NCBI RefSeq assembly: GCF_016127575.1 | Contig: NZ_CP066020.1 | Span: 420,001-452,000 of the forward strand | Direction: 5' to 3' | From: Cupriavidus necator | GTDB taxonomy: Bacteria > Pseudomonadota > Gammaproteobacteria > Burkholderiales > Burkholderiaceae | Length of the DNA stretch: 32,000 nt | Shown: piece by piece, positions 16,385 through 25,819 of the stretch | Layout: each line of letters starts with the position of its first letter | How positions within the stretch are numbered: position 1 is the stretch's first letter | Translations under genes and position numbers: made by a program | The notes under the pieces: model-generated | What the model was told of the DNA's origin: nothing | The model's database searches: none | What the model saw: the letters and a program-made list of their open reading frames with translations, nothing else

Positions 16385-17668
16385 TCAGGAAGGCGCGCGC
16401 GCCGGGTTGGCTATCGTGACCGTGTCGCCGTCGTCCTCGGTGCCGATGTTCTCGATGACAATACCTCGAGTCTCGGGCAGCAGCAGCATGCCGAAGACCG
16501 CGAACGCATAGGCCGCGAGGCAGAATGCGCCCATGGCATTGGCCAAGCCGATATGGGTGGACAGCACGCCCACGCCGACGACGGAGCCGGCGCCAACTGA
16601 CTTGCCCACGTTGTAGGCGAAGCCCATGCAGGTCGTGCGCACGTTGGTGGGAAACAGTTCGCTAAGGAACGGTCCCAGCGCGGCGAACATGCCGATGGCC
16701 GAGAAGCCCACCAGGAACCCCAGGATGGCGGTGAGCGTCGGGTTCAGCGGCAGCAGCATATAGCTGACGGTGACGATCCAGGCACAGATCGACAGCATGA
16801 TCAGCGTGGGGCGGCGCCCGATGCGATCGCACAGGTCGGCCGCCACCGCGAAGCCGCAGAACGAGCCGAAGGCCATGATGAAGACGGTGACGATTCGCGA
16901 GGTGGCGGCGACCTCACGCTGGCTCAGCAGGGACGGCAGCCAGACCAGGATGGCGTAGCAGCCGGCCTGAAGCCCGATCACCAGCACGCTCGACAGGATC
17001 AGCGAGCGCGCGTACCGGCGATTGAACACCGAAGCCAGCGACGCGCGCGGCGCGCTGCTCTGCCGGGCACGCTCGAACATGGGAGCATCCTTGATATGCC
17101 GGCGGATAAACAGCACGATTGAGGCCGGGATGATGCCGATCCAGAACGCCGCCCGCCATGCCATGTCCTGCGGCAACCAGGCCAGCAGCAGCGTTGCGAC
17201 CACCGCCGCCAGCGCCCAGCCGAGAGCAAAGCCGGATTGCACATAGCCCATGGCCTTGCCGCGGTGCTTCGGGTCGATGACTTCAGCCATCAGCGCGGCG
17301 CCGACCGCCCATTCTCCACCGAAGCCGAGACCCTGCAGCGTGCGTGCCATCAGCAACTGGTGATACGTCTGCGCAAAGCCGGCCAGCACGCCGAAGAACG
17401 TGAACCAGACGATGGCAAAGACCAGGATGCGGGCACGGCCGTAGCGATCGCTGAGGATGCCGGCGCCCCAGCCGCCGATCGCCGTGACGATCAGCGCCAC
17501 GGTGCCGAGCACGCCGACCTCCGCCTTGTTCAGCCCCCAAGCGAGCGTCAGCGCGGGTAGCAGGAAGCTGAACATCTGCATGTCGAATGAATCCAGGGCC
17601 CAGCCGGAATAGCAGGCCCAGAATGTCTTCTTTTGCTGGGGTGTCCCAGTCTTGTACCAAGTCAGCAT
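16385..17668 (-). CDS. MFS transporter, organic-acid:H+ symporter type (MucK/PcaK-like)
   Basis: Preferred start is ATG 17668 (GAGGAG Shine-Dalgarno), [29 protein letters not shown].... The MFS signature [13 protein letters not shown] is present, with about 12 hydrophobic segments. The link to muconate/beta-ketoadipate uptake comes from gene context only. Confidence 0.8.
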   Translation of the reverse strand: MLTWYKTGTPQQKKTFWACYSGWALDSFDMQMFSFLLPALTLAWGLNKAEVGVLGTVALIVTAIGGWGAGILSDRYGRARILVFAIVWFTFFGVLAGFAQTYHQLLMARTLQGLGFGGEWAVGAALMAEVIDPKHRGKAMGYVQSGFALGWALAAVVATLLLAWLPQDMAWRAAFWIGIIPASIVLFIRRHIKDAPMFERARQSSAPRASLASVFNRRYARSLILSSVLVIGLQAGCYAILVWLPSLLSQREVAATSRIVTVFIMAFGSFCGFAVAADLCDRIGRRPTLIMLSICAWIVTVSYMLLPLNPTLTAILGFLVGFSAIGMFAALGPFLSELFPTNVRTTCMGFAYNVGKSVGAGSVVGVGVLSTHIGLANAMGAFCLAAYAFAVFGMLLLPETRGIVIENIGTEDDGDTVTIANPARAPS

Positions 17669-17756
17669 GTTTGTCTCCTCTCTGTGTCGATCCGTCTGGA
17701 TGGGCGGCCGGCGTTGCACCCTGTGTTTGAACAGGCACCGGCGCGGGCGCCCGGTT

Positions 17757-18428
17757 TCATGCGTATTCAGGCCGTAGCAGGGTGGTAAAGTCGAGTTCCA
17801 CGTCGGTCACCGACTGCAGCGCCTGTGGCGACATGTCGCCGACGGCTTCGATGACCGACACGCCGCGCGGGCCGATGGCGAAGGTGCCGAGTTCGGTGTA
17901 GACGCGGTTGACGCAGCGCAAGCCGGTCAAGGGATAGCTACACTGGCGGCGCAGCTTGCTGGCCCCATCCCTGGTGAGATGGTCCATCATGACGAACACC
18001 CGCCGGGCCCCGATGGCCAGATCCATCGCGCCGCCCACGGCCGGGATGGCATCGGGCGCGCCGGTGTGCCAGTTGGCCAGATCGCCCTGCTCCGATACCT
18101 GGAACGCGCCAAGCACGCAGATGTCGAGGTGGCCGCCGCGCATCATGCCGAAGGCATCGGCATGGTGAAAGAATGCCGCGCCTTGCTCCAGGCGGATGGC
18201 TTCCTTGCCGGCGTTGATCAGGTCCCAGTCCTCCTGTCCCGGTTCCGCAGCCGACCACTGACCGAGCACACCGTTTTCGCTGTGCAGGATGACTTCGCGA
18301 TGCCGGGGCAGGTGGTTGGCCACCAGCGTGGGCAACCCGATGCCGAGGTTGACATACGATCCGTCGGGGATGTCCCGCGCCACACGCGCGGCCAGCATGT
18401 TTCTTGCCAATTGATCCATCGTTCTCAC
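17757..18428 (-). CDS. pcaJ: 3-oxoadipate (3-oxoacid) CoA-transferase, subunit B
   Basis: 223 aa with the family I CoA-transferase beta-subunit motif LHSENG (catalytic Glu). The GTG start overlaps the subunit A stop (GTGA); ATG 18419 is an alternative. Confidence 0.8.
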   Translation of the reverse strand: MRTMDQLARNMLAARVARDIPDGSYVNLGIGLPTLVANHLPRHREVILHSENGVLGQWSAAEPGQEDWDLINAGKEAIRLEQGAAFFHHADAFGMMRGGHLDICVLGAFQVSEQGDLANWHTGAPDAIPAVGGAMDLAIGARRVFVMMDHLTRDGASKLRRQCSYPLTGLRCVNRVYTELGTFAIGPRGVSVIEAVGDMSPQALQSVTDVELDFTTLLRPEYA

Positions 18429-19123
18429 CCTGCCTGCATGACTTCAGCTTGTGCGACCGCGCCGTCGCGCAGAACTACGCGGCTAACGAAAATCCCGGGC
18501 GTCACGACGTCCTCGGGGTCGAGCTCGCCTAGTTCGCATACGCGAGCTACGGCCGCGATCGTCTGGCTTGCTGCCATTGCCATGACGGGCGCGAAGTTGC
18601 GTGCGGTCTTGTTATAGATAAGGTTGCCCCAGCGGTCGGCGGCCGCGGCGTTGATCAGCGCGACATCGACAGGGAGGGGGTACTCGAGTACGTAGCCGCG
18701 ACCGTCGATCTGGCGGGTCTCCTTACCCTCAGCCAGCAGCGTGCCGTAACCGGTGGGCGTGTAGAAGGCGCCGATGCCGCTTCCGGCGGCGCGCAGGCGC
18801 TCAGCTAGCGTGCCTTGCGGCACGACTTCCAGCTCGATCTGGCCGGCGCGGTACAGTTCCTCAAATACGTAGGCATCGCGCTGGCGCGGGAAGGAACACA
18901 CCAGCTTGCGTACCCGGCGGGCCTTGAGTAGCGCCGCCAGCCCGGTGTCACCGTTGCCGGCGTTGTTGCTGACCACCGTGAGGTCCTTGGCGCCCTGCTC
19001 GATCAGAGCGTCGATCAGTTCGTCGGGCATGCCGGCGCCGCCGAATCCGCCAATCGCGATGGTGGCGCCATCGGGGACATCGTCCATGGCTTCCCGCGCC
19101 GTTCTGTAAAGCTTATCGATCAT
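18425..19123 (-). CDS. pcaI: 3-oxoadipate (3-oxoacid) CoA-transferase, subunit A
   Basis: 232 aa. MIDKLYRTAREAMDDVPDGATIAIGGFGGAGMPDELIDALIEQGAKDLTVVSNNAG is the typical alpha-subunit N-terminus. Substrate assignment rests on the cat/pca context. Confidence 0.8.
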   Translation of the reverse strand: MIDKLYRTAREAMDDVPDGATIAIGGFGGAGMPDELIDALIEQGAKDLTVVSNNAGNGDTGLAALLKARRVRKLVCSFPRQRDAYVFEELYRAGQIELEVVPQGTLAERLRAAGSGIGAFYTPTGYGTLLAEGKETRQIDGRGYVLEYPLPVDVALINAAAADRWGNLIYNKTARNFAPVMAMAASQTIAAVARVCELGELDPEDVVTPGIFVSRVVLRDGAVAQAEVMQAG

Positions 19124-19376
19124 GTCTCGCGTCCTTGTTGTCTGCGAGAGTAGGTTGCCATGCAGTCGGTGGCCTTACAATTTCGGGTTCTGCAAGCAGC
19201 CTTAGCGTTGGGTTAAGGCGTGGGGAAGCCGGGCAACAGCACGCTTGCTTGCGGCGGGAGGCGCGCTATGCTCGTCAATCTCCATAGCTGCGAAGGCGGG
19301 CGACAACGTACCCACGCGAGCCGGTCTCGTGGCTGACACCAAGCGGGTACGGGGCAGGTGCAAGCAGGGAAGGGAG

Positions 19377-20291
19377 CTAGCCAGCGCTGCCGCCCGGTGC
19401 GTAGCGGCCGATCAGCCGGTTGGCGAACTCGCGGGCGAAGCTCGACAGGCCTTCCAGGTCTCGCGCGCAAACCTGGAAGGTGCGGATGGCCCAGTCATCG
19501 CGCAGGTTGCAGGCGCCAATCGGCTGCTCGCCCTTGAGGCGCGCGAATGCGGCCTTTGGCATGATGGCGATGCCAGCCCCGGCGGCGACCATGCGGCAGA
19601 TGGCGTCGTAACTGGCCACATGCACGCGGATGGTCATGGGCTTGTGCAGCGCGCCCGCAGCACGCGTCATGAACATCTGGAAGGCACTGCCTTCGAGCAG
19701 CGCGACGAAGGCGTATTCCAGCGACTGCTCGAACCAGACCTCGCGCTGCGCAAGCAGCGGATGGCCGAGTGGTGCAACCAGAATCAGTGCGCTTTTGACG
19801 AAGGGCACCGCCTGCAGGCCCGCGGTGGGCACATTGCCGGAGATGATGCCCAGATCGGTGGCACCTTCGCGCACCAGGCGGACGATGTCGTCGCTCAGGC
19901 GCTCACGTACGTCGATGCGCACGTCCGGGTGGCTGGCGAGATAGTCGCCGATCACCGGTGGCAGGTACTCCGTGATGGCCGTGGTGTTGGCCACCAGCTT
20001 GAGCTGCCCCGAAAGGCCCGCAGTGAACGGCTGGAGGTTGCCTGTGAGCCGCTCCAGTTCGGCGAGCACCACGCGGGCGTGCTGGAGATAAACTTCGCCG
20101 GCCGCCGTCAACGCTACCCCCTGGGGCGAGCGCTCCAGTAAGCGCACACCCAGCGTGTCTTCGAGATTCTTGATGCGGTTGCTGACTGCCGGCACGGAAA
20201 GGAAGGAACGCTCCGCACCACGGGTCAGGCTGCGCGTCTCCGCTACATTGACGAAGAGTCGGAAATCGGTGATGTCGAAGGGAACGGCCAT
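19377..20291 (-). CDS. LysR-family transcriptional regulator
   Basis: 304 aa. The N-terminal HTH reads FRLFVNVAETRSLTRGAERSFLSVPAVSNRIKNLEDTLGVRLLER. Confidence 0.9.
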   Translation of the reverse strand: MAVPFDITDFRLFVNVAETRSLTRGAERSFLSVPAVSNRIKNLEDTLGVRLLERSPQGVALTAAGEVYLQHARVVLAELERLTGNLQPFTAGLSGQLKLVANTTAITEYLPPVIGDYLASHPDVRIDVRERLSDDIVRLVREGATDLGIISGNVPTAGLQAVPFVKSALILVAPLGHPLLAQREVWFEQSLEYAFVALLEGSAFQMFMTRAAGALHKPMTIRVHVASYDAICRMVAAGAGIAIMPKAAFARLKGEQPIGACNLRDDWAIRTFQVCARDLEGLSSFAREFANRLIGRYAPGGSAG

Positions 20292-20389
20292 GCCGCAGTT
20301 CTCACGCAGAAACTGACTGTGCCACGCTCATACCCGCGAGGGCGGGTAGGCGCGCGGCGGGAAAGCGGCCGTGCCGTGGCTACCATTGG

Positions 20390-21280
20390 TCACCAGGTGG
20401 CGGGCTCGAAGCGAAAGCCTTCGCCCTGTCGGCGCACGTAGCCGCAGTAGGGCTCGCCGAAATGCACCGGCAAGACCAGTGACTCGCGGTCAGCGGCCTG
20501 GTTGAGGAAGGCCAGGCGCGTACTGCGCGCCAAGTCGGGGCGGATGCAATAGCCGGAATTCACGTCAGGGCGCACGATTTGCAGCGGACTGTGCAGGATG
20601 TCGCCGCAGAAGATCGCTTCCTCACCCCGCGAGCGGACGCGGAACACCACCTGGCCAGGGCTATGGCCCGAGGCGGGCTCGACCTGCAGGCAGTTGGCGA
20701 TCTCCTGCCCGGGCAATATCATTTCTGCCAGGCCTTCCGTGACCACCGGCATGACACTGTCAAAAAAGGACTCGCCGAATACATCCACCACGCCCGGTTC
20801 CTTGTTGCGACCCTCGTCGCAGAAGTCAAAGTCATCCTTGGGGATGTAGTAGCGCGCATTGGGGAAGGTTGGTACCCAGCGGTTGTCCTGCCAGGTAGTG
20901 TTCCAGCCGACATGGTCCGCATGCAAGTGCGTCATCACCACATGCGTGACCTTCTCCGGTGGTGCGCCGGCGGCGATCATCCACTCGCGCACCAGCGTGT
21001 TGAGCATATTCATACGCGCAATGCCGGCGCGCGGCTTGAAGTTGCCCACGCCGGTATCCACCACGATGATGTTGTCGCCGGCGTGCACTACCCAGAACTG
21101 GATCGTCACGATCAGCTTGTTCATGTGTGGTATCCAATGGTGCGGTGCCATCAGGTCAGCGTTGGCATCGAGCACGGCGCGGTCGATGTCCGGGAAGAGG
21201 AAGGCAGGATCATGCGTGGGTCCCGCGTATTCGAGGATGCGGGTGACCTTCAGGTCGCCGAGGGTGCGCGATTGCATCAT
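20390..21280 (-). CDS. MBL-fold metallo-hydrolase
   Basis: Preferred start is ATG 21280 (GGAGA Shine-Dalgarno), MMQSRTLGDLKVTRILEYAG.... The track ORF extends to 21355. Zinc motif THLHADHVGWN (HxHxDH). Confidence 0.85.
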   Translation of the reverse strand: MMQSRTLGDLKVTRILEYAGPTHDPAFLFPDIDRAVLDANADLMAPHHWIPHMNKLIVTIQFWVVHAGDNIIVVDTGVGNFKPRAGIARMNMLNTLVREWMIAAGAPPEKVTHVVMTHLHADHVGWNTTWQDNRWVPTFPNARYYIPKDDFDFCDEGRNKEPGVVDVFGESFFDSVMPVVTEGLAEMILPGQEIANCLQVEPASGHSPGQVVFRVRSRGEEAIFCGDILHSPLQIVRPDVNSGYCIRPDLARSTRLAFLNQAADRESLVLPVHFGEPYCGYVRRQGEGFRFEPATW

Positions 21281-21490
21281 GTGCCGTGTCTCCTTTTCTG
21301 GTGTTGCGATGGCCCGCCTTGGGACCTGTCTTTGCGGTATGGCCAAGGCCCGCATTGGCCGGCGTCAAGCATCGGTGATCTTCATCCCGCCGCCAATTTT
21401 GCATTCCAAAAGAGGGGTTTCAGGCAGATTCACACGTGCGGTGCATTTCACACTCGCATGTATGTCAGAGTATGAGTTACAAGTCTTGGG

Positions 21491-21948
21491 GTGTCCAAGA
21501 CTGAAAATGTTGGATTCGATATCTACAGGGTATCGCAGCGCCTTGGCGAATCAACAATACGTCGTGAAACCTCCTGGGTTCTCGCATTGCTGCGGGAAGG
21601 CTCGCAAAGGGAAGTTCGCGGTTCTGCGGGTGACCAGCGCCAAGCGCATGCGCTCCAAGCTGGTGGCGGTCAAAGAGCAACTGCGCAGGCGCATGCACCA
21701 GACCATCGCGGAGCAAGAGAGGTATCTGAGCGCGATGGTGATCCGGCATGTGCGGTAGTCCGGGATGCCGCGCAACGGACAGCGCCGCTAGACCGCTTCC
21801 ATATTTGCATTGCCCGACTGTGGTACCGCACTTTGCGTCGCCGGGGTCAGAAGTGCGGCCTAACGTGGCAGCAGATGACCCGTCTCATTTCGCATTGGGT
21901 GCCTCCCACTTACATTTGAGCGCGTGGCCGAGCATAGCGTGGACCTAG
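21491..21948 (+). pseudogene. 5'-truncated, multiply frameshifted relic of a group II intron reverse transcriptase/maturase gene (thumb/X and C-terminal parts only)
   Basis: Three frames stitched together read SKTENVGFDIYR... / ...PGFSHCCGKARKGKFAVLRVTSAKRMRSKLVAVKEQLRRRMHQTIAEQERYLSAMVIRHVRY / ...MPRNGQR.LDRFHICIARLWYRTLRRRGQKCGLTWQQMTRLISHWVPPTYI / LSAWP.... This follows the conserved C-terminal layout of bacterial intron-encoded proteins (...LGF.H.CGK.RKGKF...RRRMH...YYG.P.N...L..F...RLW.R.L.RRSQK...W..M.RL...W.PP..I.HPWP). The finger/palm RT domains are absent. Confidence 0.7.
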
Positions 21949-22102
21949 AGCCCGATGCGGAGCACGTCCCGGAGCTGGCGACTAGCGAGTTGCTCGCGCT
22001 TGAAGCCAAGCAATCAGGTACCGAACCAGCGTATATGCGAGCGTCAACAACTGCGCTGGTCGCCGAACAATGTCCATTTGGTCGACCAGGCACGATGTGC
22101 GG

Positions 22103-23110
22103 TCAGTCGGCGCGAATACCACGCTCGCGGATCAGCACGCCCCACTTCTGGCTTTCTTTCGCCAGGTGGTCGCGCAGGGCGGAGGGCGTGCTGCCGATCG
22201 GCTCGGCACCGATCAAGGCCAGACGCTTCTGCACCTCCGGTTTCTTCAGTGCCTCGAGCATGGCTCGGTTCAGCGACTCGATCACTGGCTGCGGGGTCTT
22301 AGCCGGCACGAAGGCGGCGAACCAGGGCGATAGCTCATAGCCCGGAAGTCCGGCTTCGGCCACCGTCGGCACGTTCAGCAGGGCACTGGAGCGCTTGGCA
22401 GTGGTTACTGCGATGGCGCGTAGCTTACCGGCGTCAATTTGCGGCTTGGCCGACGTGATGCTGTCGAACATATAGTCCACCTGCCCGCCCAGCATGTCGG
22501 ACATGGCAGGGCCGCTGCCCTTGTAAGGGATGTGCAGCATGTCGATGCCGGCCATCGAGTTGAAGAGCGCAGCCGCGAGGTGGATAGAAGTACCGTTGCC
22601 AGCCGAAGCATACGTGTACTTGCCGGGCGAAGCCTTGGCGTGGGCGATCACCTCCTTGACGGTGCCTTCTTGCCTTCGGTTCTTGTTGACGACCAATACA
22701 TTGGGCACCACGGCCAGCAGCGAAACGGGCGCAAAGTCCTTGACAGGATCATACGTCAGTTGGCCGTATAGCTCGGAGTTCACGGACATGCCGTTGCCTA
22801 CGATAATCATTGTGTAGCCGTCGGCCGGCGAGCGCGCGACCATTTCGGCGCCGATATTGCCGCCGGCGCCAGGTCGATTCTCCACGACGACCGGTTGACC
22901 GAGCGTGCGCGACATGTCGTCTCCCAGCGTGCGGGCGATATTGTCAATGGCACCGCCCGCTGGAAACGGCACTACCCAGCGGATGGCGCGGTCGGGATAG
23001 GCGGCATGCGCGGCCGCAGTTGCGAAAGCCAGTGCAAACGAAAGGCCTGTGGCGAGTGCCACTGTGCCTGCGCGGCCGGTGTTTCCCCGCAGCTGGAACA
23101 ATGTCTTCAT
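22103..23110 (-). CDS. Bug/TctC-family periplasmic solute-binding protein (tripartite tricarboxylate transporter receptor component)
   Basis: 335 aa. Signal peptide ...ATAAAHA/AYPDR, then IRWVVPFPAGGAIDNIAR and HIPYKGSGPAMSDMLGGQVD, the hallmarks of the family. GAGGAG Shine-Dalgarno. Confidence 0.9.
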   Translation of the reverse strand: MKTLFQLRGNTGRAGTVALATGLSFALAFATAAAHAAYPDRAIRWVVPFPAGGAIDNIARTLGDDMSRTLGQPVVVENRPGAGGNIGAEMVARSPADGYTMIIVGNGMSVNSELYGQLTYDPVKDFAPVSLLAVVPNVLVVNKNRRQEGTVKEVIAHAKASPGKYTYASAGNGTSIHLAAALFNSMAGIDMLHIPYKGSGPAMSDMLGGQVDYMFDSITSAKPQIDAGKLRAIAVTTAKRSSALLNVPTVAEAGLPGYELSPWFAAFVPAKTPQPVIESLNRAMLEALKKPEVQKRLALIGAEPIGSTPSALRDHLAKESQKWGVLIRERGIRAD

Positions 23111-23164
23111 AGTCTCCTCTCAGGGTTCAGGTTCAAATACAGCGACTAACTCAATGGTGCGGCA

Positions 23165-23460
23165 CTCATCGAATCGACGATGGGTGCTTCGCGAGCGGCG
23201 TGGCGCGGATCTTCGTGTACGGGACGAGCGGCAGGGCCGACAGCAGCGTGTGCAGGGCTTCGTTCGATTCCACGTCGAGGATGCTGTAGCTGGCGTATTG
23301 GCCGACGACGCAATAGAGCTTCTGTCACTTGCTTTCTTGCCTTCTTGCCTTCTTGCTGCAGCTGCTAAGCGTATGCGTTTTCGGGCGCCTTGATGTCGTC
23401 GGTCTGCGCGAGGGACATGTCGTGCGGCAGGTTCACATTTATACGGACCAGATAGAGCAT
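23165..23460 (-). pseudogene. catC: Second muconolactone isomerase gene (catC paralogue), inactivated by two nonsense codons and a 16-nt tandem expansion
   Basis: From ATG 23460: MLYLVRINVNLPHDMSLAQTDDIKAPENAYA-TAG(23365-23367)-QLQQEGK.... After a frame change: K-TGA(23325-23327, at the conserved Trp40 position)-QKLYCVVGQYASYSILDVESNEALHTLLSALPLVPYTKIRATPLAKHPSSIR*. Removing two 8-nt units restores the frame exactly. Confidence 0.85.
23329..23356. repeat. 8-bp tandem repeat (TTGCTTTC TTGCCTTC TTGCCTTC TTGC...) inside the catC pseudogene
   Basis: Read directly on the plus strand. On the coding strand it is GAAGGCAA GAAGGCAA GAAAGCAA, where one GAAGGCAA would encode the conserved E-G-K of QQEGKW. 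Confidence 0.85.
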
Positions 23461-23487
23461 GGCAATCCTATTTCAGAAACTGTGCGA

Positions 23488-24606
23488 TCAGGCTCGACGG
23501 TAGTGCGCCAGTTTGGCTTCATCAATCGTGAGGCCCAGGCCCGGGCCTTCGGGCAAGTGCAGGCGGAAATCGCGGTACTCGGGGCGCTTCACGACGATAT
23601 CGTCCTTCACCAGCAACGGGCCCAACAGTTCGGTGCCCCAGGCCAGTTGCGGCAGGGTGCAGAAGCCATGCGCGGCGGCGATGGTGCCCACGGTGCCTTC
23701 CAGCATGGTGCCGCCATAGAGCGCGATGCCGGCGGCGTCGCCGACGGCGGCGGTGCGCAGCATGCCGAAGATGCCACCAGACTTGGCGATCTTCAGCGCG
23801 AATACGTCGGCGGCACCCAGGCGAGCCAGATCCATGGCATCTTCCGGCCCGCAGACGGCTTCGTCTGCCATGATCGGCACAATGAAGCGCGCGGCCAGCC
23901 GGGCCAGCGCCGTCCGCTGCTCGCGCGGCGTGGGCTGCTCGATCAGGTCGATGCCAGCGGCTTCCAGCGCGGCGATGCCGGTGGCGGCGTCGGCCTCGTT
24001 CCAGGCCTGGTTGACGTCGACGGTGACGCAGGCGCGATCGCCCAGCGCGCGCTTGATCCCGGAGACATGCGCCACGTCGTCACGCACGCTGCGGCGGCCG
24101 ATCTTCAGCTTGAAGGTGTTGTGCCGGCGCTCGGCCAGCAGGCGCTCGGCTTCCTCGATGTCGCGCGCGGTGTCGCCGGAGGCCAGCGTCCACAGCACCG
24201 GCAGGGTGTCGCGCACCTTGCCGCCCAGCAGCGTGGCCAGCGGCACGCCGAGGCGCTTGCCTTGTGCGTCTAGTAGCGCAGTCTCCAGCGCCGACTTGGC
24301 AAAGCGGTTGCCGCGCGCCACCTTATTCAGCCGTGTCATGGCGGCGTGGACGTTCGTGGCGTCCTGCCCGGCCAGCGCGGGGGCGAGGTAGGTGTCGATG
24401 GTCAGCTTGATGCCTTCCGGACTCTCATCGCCGTAAGACAGCCCACCGATGGTGGTGGCCTCGCCGATGCCCTCGATGCCGTCGCAGCAGCGCAGCCGCA
24501 CGATCACCAGCGTCTGCTGCTGCATGGTGGCCATGGCGAGCTGGTGTGCCCGGATGGTAGGCAAGTCGACCAGAATGGCTTCTATCGATTGAATTGTCGC
24601 CTTCAT
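23488..24606 (-). CDS. catB: Muconate cycloisomerase (muconate-lactonizing enzyme, enolase superfamily)
   Basis: Preferred start is ATG 24606: MKATIQSIEAILVDLPTIRAHQLAMATMQQQTLVIVRLRCCDGIEGIGEATTIGGLSYG..., 372 aa, typical of CatB. The track ORF starts at GTG 24651. Confidence 0.9.
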   Translation of the reverse strand: MKATIQSIEAILVDLPTIRAHQLAMATMQQQTLVIVRLRCCDGIEGIGEATTIGGLSYGDESPEGIKLTIDTYLAPALAGQDATNVHAAMTRLNKVARGNRFAKSALETALLDAQGKRLGVPLATLLGGKVRDTLPVLWTLASGDTARDIEEAERLLAERRHNTFKLKIGRRSVRDDVAHVSGIKRALGDRACVTVDVNQAWNEADAATGIAALEAAGIDLIEQPTPREQRTALARLAARFIVPIMADEAVCGPEDAMDLARLGAADVFALKIAKSGGIFGMLRTAAVGDAAGIALYGGTMLEGTVGTIAAAHGFCTLPQLAWGTELLGPLLVKDDIVVKRPEYRDFRLHLPEGPGLGLTIDEAKLAHYRRA

Positions 24607-24808
24607 GTCTGTGCAGGGTATATAGCCCGGAATGGAGTGTTCGAATGCCACTACCGACAGTGTTCAAGGTGACGTCAGCAAGACAGATCTGACGGGAGAG
24701 CCTTTTCAGATTCGAGCCCTTTCCACTAGATCCCACGGTTCCGAGAAAGTCGGATACCGCCGTCACAGTGATTGCACTTGTGTTGCGCGATGCTCTTTTG
24801 TCTTGGGA

Positions 24809-25786
24809 TCAGGGCAATCGTGCAATACGATCGCGCGCAGCAACGTACTCACGACTAAGTCGTCTCACGATCTCGGAGGTGGTAGGAATGTCATGGATCT
24901 GCGCCACGCCATGCCCGGCGCCCCAGATATCCTTCCAAGCTTTTGGCTTGGAGCGACCATCCGCAAAGCTCATCTTGGATTTCTCGCCTTCTCTCAGATT
25001 ATCGGGATCCAACCCAATACGCTCGATGCTTTCGCGGACGTAGTTTCCGTGCACACCGGAAAATAAATTGCTATAGACGATGTCAGACGCGCCGGCCTTG
25101 ATCAGCGATTGCTTGTAGTCCGGGCTCGCATTGGCTTCCTCGCTGGCGATGAAGCGCGTACCGATGTAGGCAAAGTCAGCGCCCATGGCCTGCGCCGCAA
25201 GAATTGCATCGCCGGTGGCGATAGCGCCGGACAGCGCGATGGGACCGTTGAAGCGACGACGGACCTCACCTACCAAAGCCATCGGCGACAGTGTTCCAGC
25301 ATGTCCACCGGCACCGGCAGCGACAAGAATCAGCCCGTCAACACCAGCTTCCAATGCTTTCTCTGCATGGCGCAGATTGACCACATCATGGAAGATAATG
25401 CCGCCATAGGAATGGACGGCTTCGACGATCTCCCGCACCGGCGCCCGCAGTGAGGTGATGAAGATTGGCACGCGATGGCGCACGCACGTTGCTACGTCTT
25501 GTTCCAGCCGCACATTGGAAGTGTGGGCAATCTGGTTGACCGCGAGCGGCCCGACAATCGCGCCGGGATTGGCCGCCCGAAAGGTGTCGAGCTCCTCCCT
25601 CATCAGCGTCAGCCATTCATCGAGCAATTCCGGCTGACGCGCATTCAATGCGGGAAATGAACCCACGATGCCGGCCTTGCATTGGGCTAGCACCAATTCC
25701 GGATAGCTCACCGTGAACATTGGCGACGAGATGACGGGCAAGGTCAGGTTCTGCAGGATGGGAGGCAGATGGGGGGCGGTAGCCAT
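24809..25786 (-). CDS. Nitronate monooxygenase / 2-nitropropane dioxygenase-family FMN oxidoreductase (FabK-like)
   Basis: 325 aa. LTLPVISSPMFTVSYPELVLAQCKAGIVGSFPALNAR..., ...LILVAAGAGGHAG... and ...PIALSGAIATGDAILAAQAMGADFAYIGTRF fit the NMO TIM-barrel family. Confidence 0.8.
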   Translation of the reverse strand: MATAPHLPPILQNLTLPVISSPMFTVSYPELVLAQCKAGIVGSFPALNARQPELLDEWLTLMREELDTFRAANPGAIVGPLAVNQIAHTSNVRLEQDVATCVRHRVPIFITSLRAPVREIVEAVHSYGGIIFHDVVNLRHAEKALEAGVDGLILVAAGAGGHAGTLSPMALVGEVRRRFNGPIALSGAIATGDAILAAQAMGADFAYIGTRFIASEEANASPDYKQSLIKAGASDIVYSNLFSGVHGNYVRESIERIGLDPDNLREGEKSKMSFADGRSKPKAWKDIWGAGHGVAQIHDIPTTSEIVRRLSREYVAARDRIARLP

Positions 25787-25819
25787 GATGGTGGTTCCCT
25801 TGAGTTGATTAAGTTCGGC

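Noticed and set aside
24737-24758. GGTTCCGAGAAAGTCGGATACC upstream of catB, resembling the parS-like palindrome halves (GTTCCGA / TCGGA).
   Set aside because: The half-sites are separated by extra bases and the outer arm positions do not match. One such partial hit is compatible with chance.
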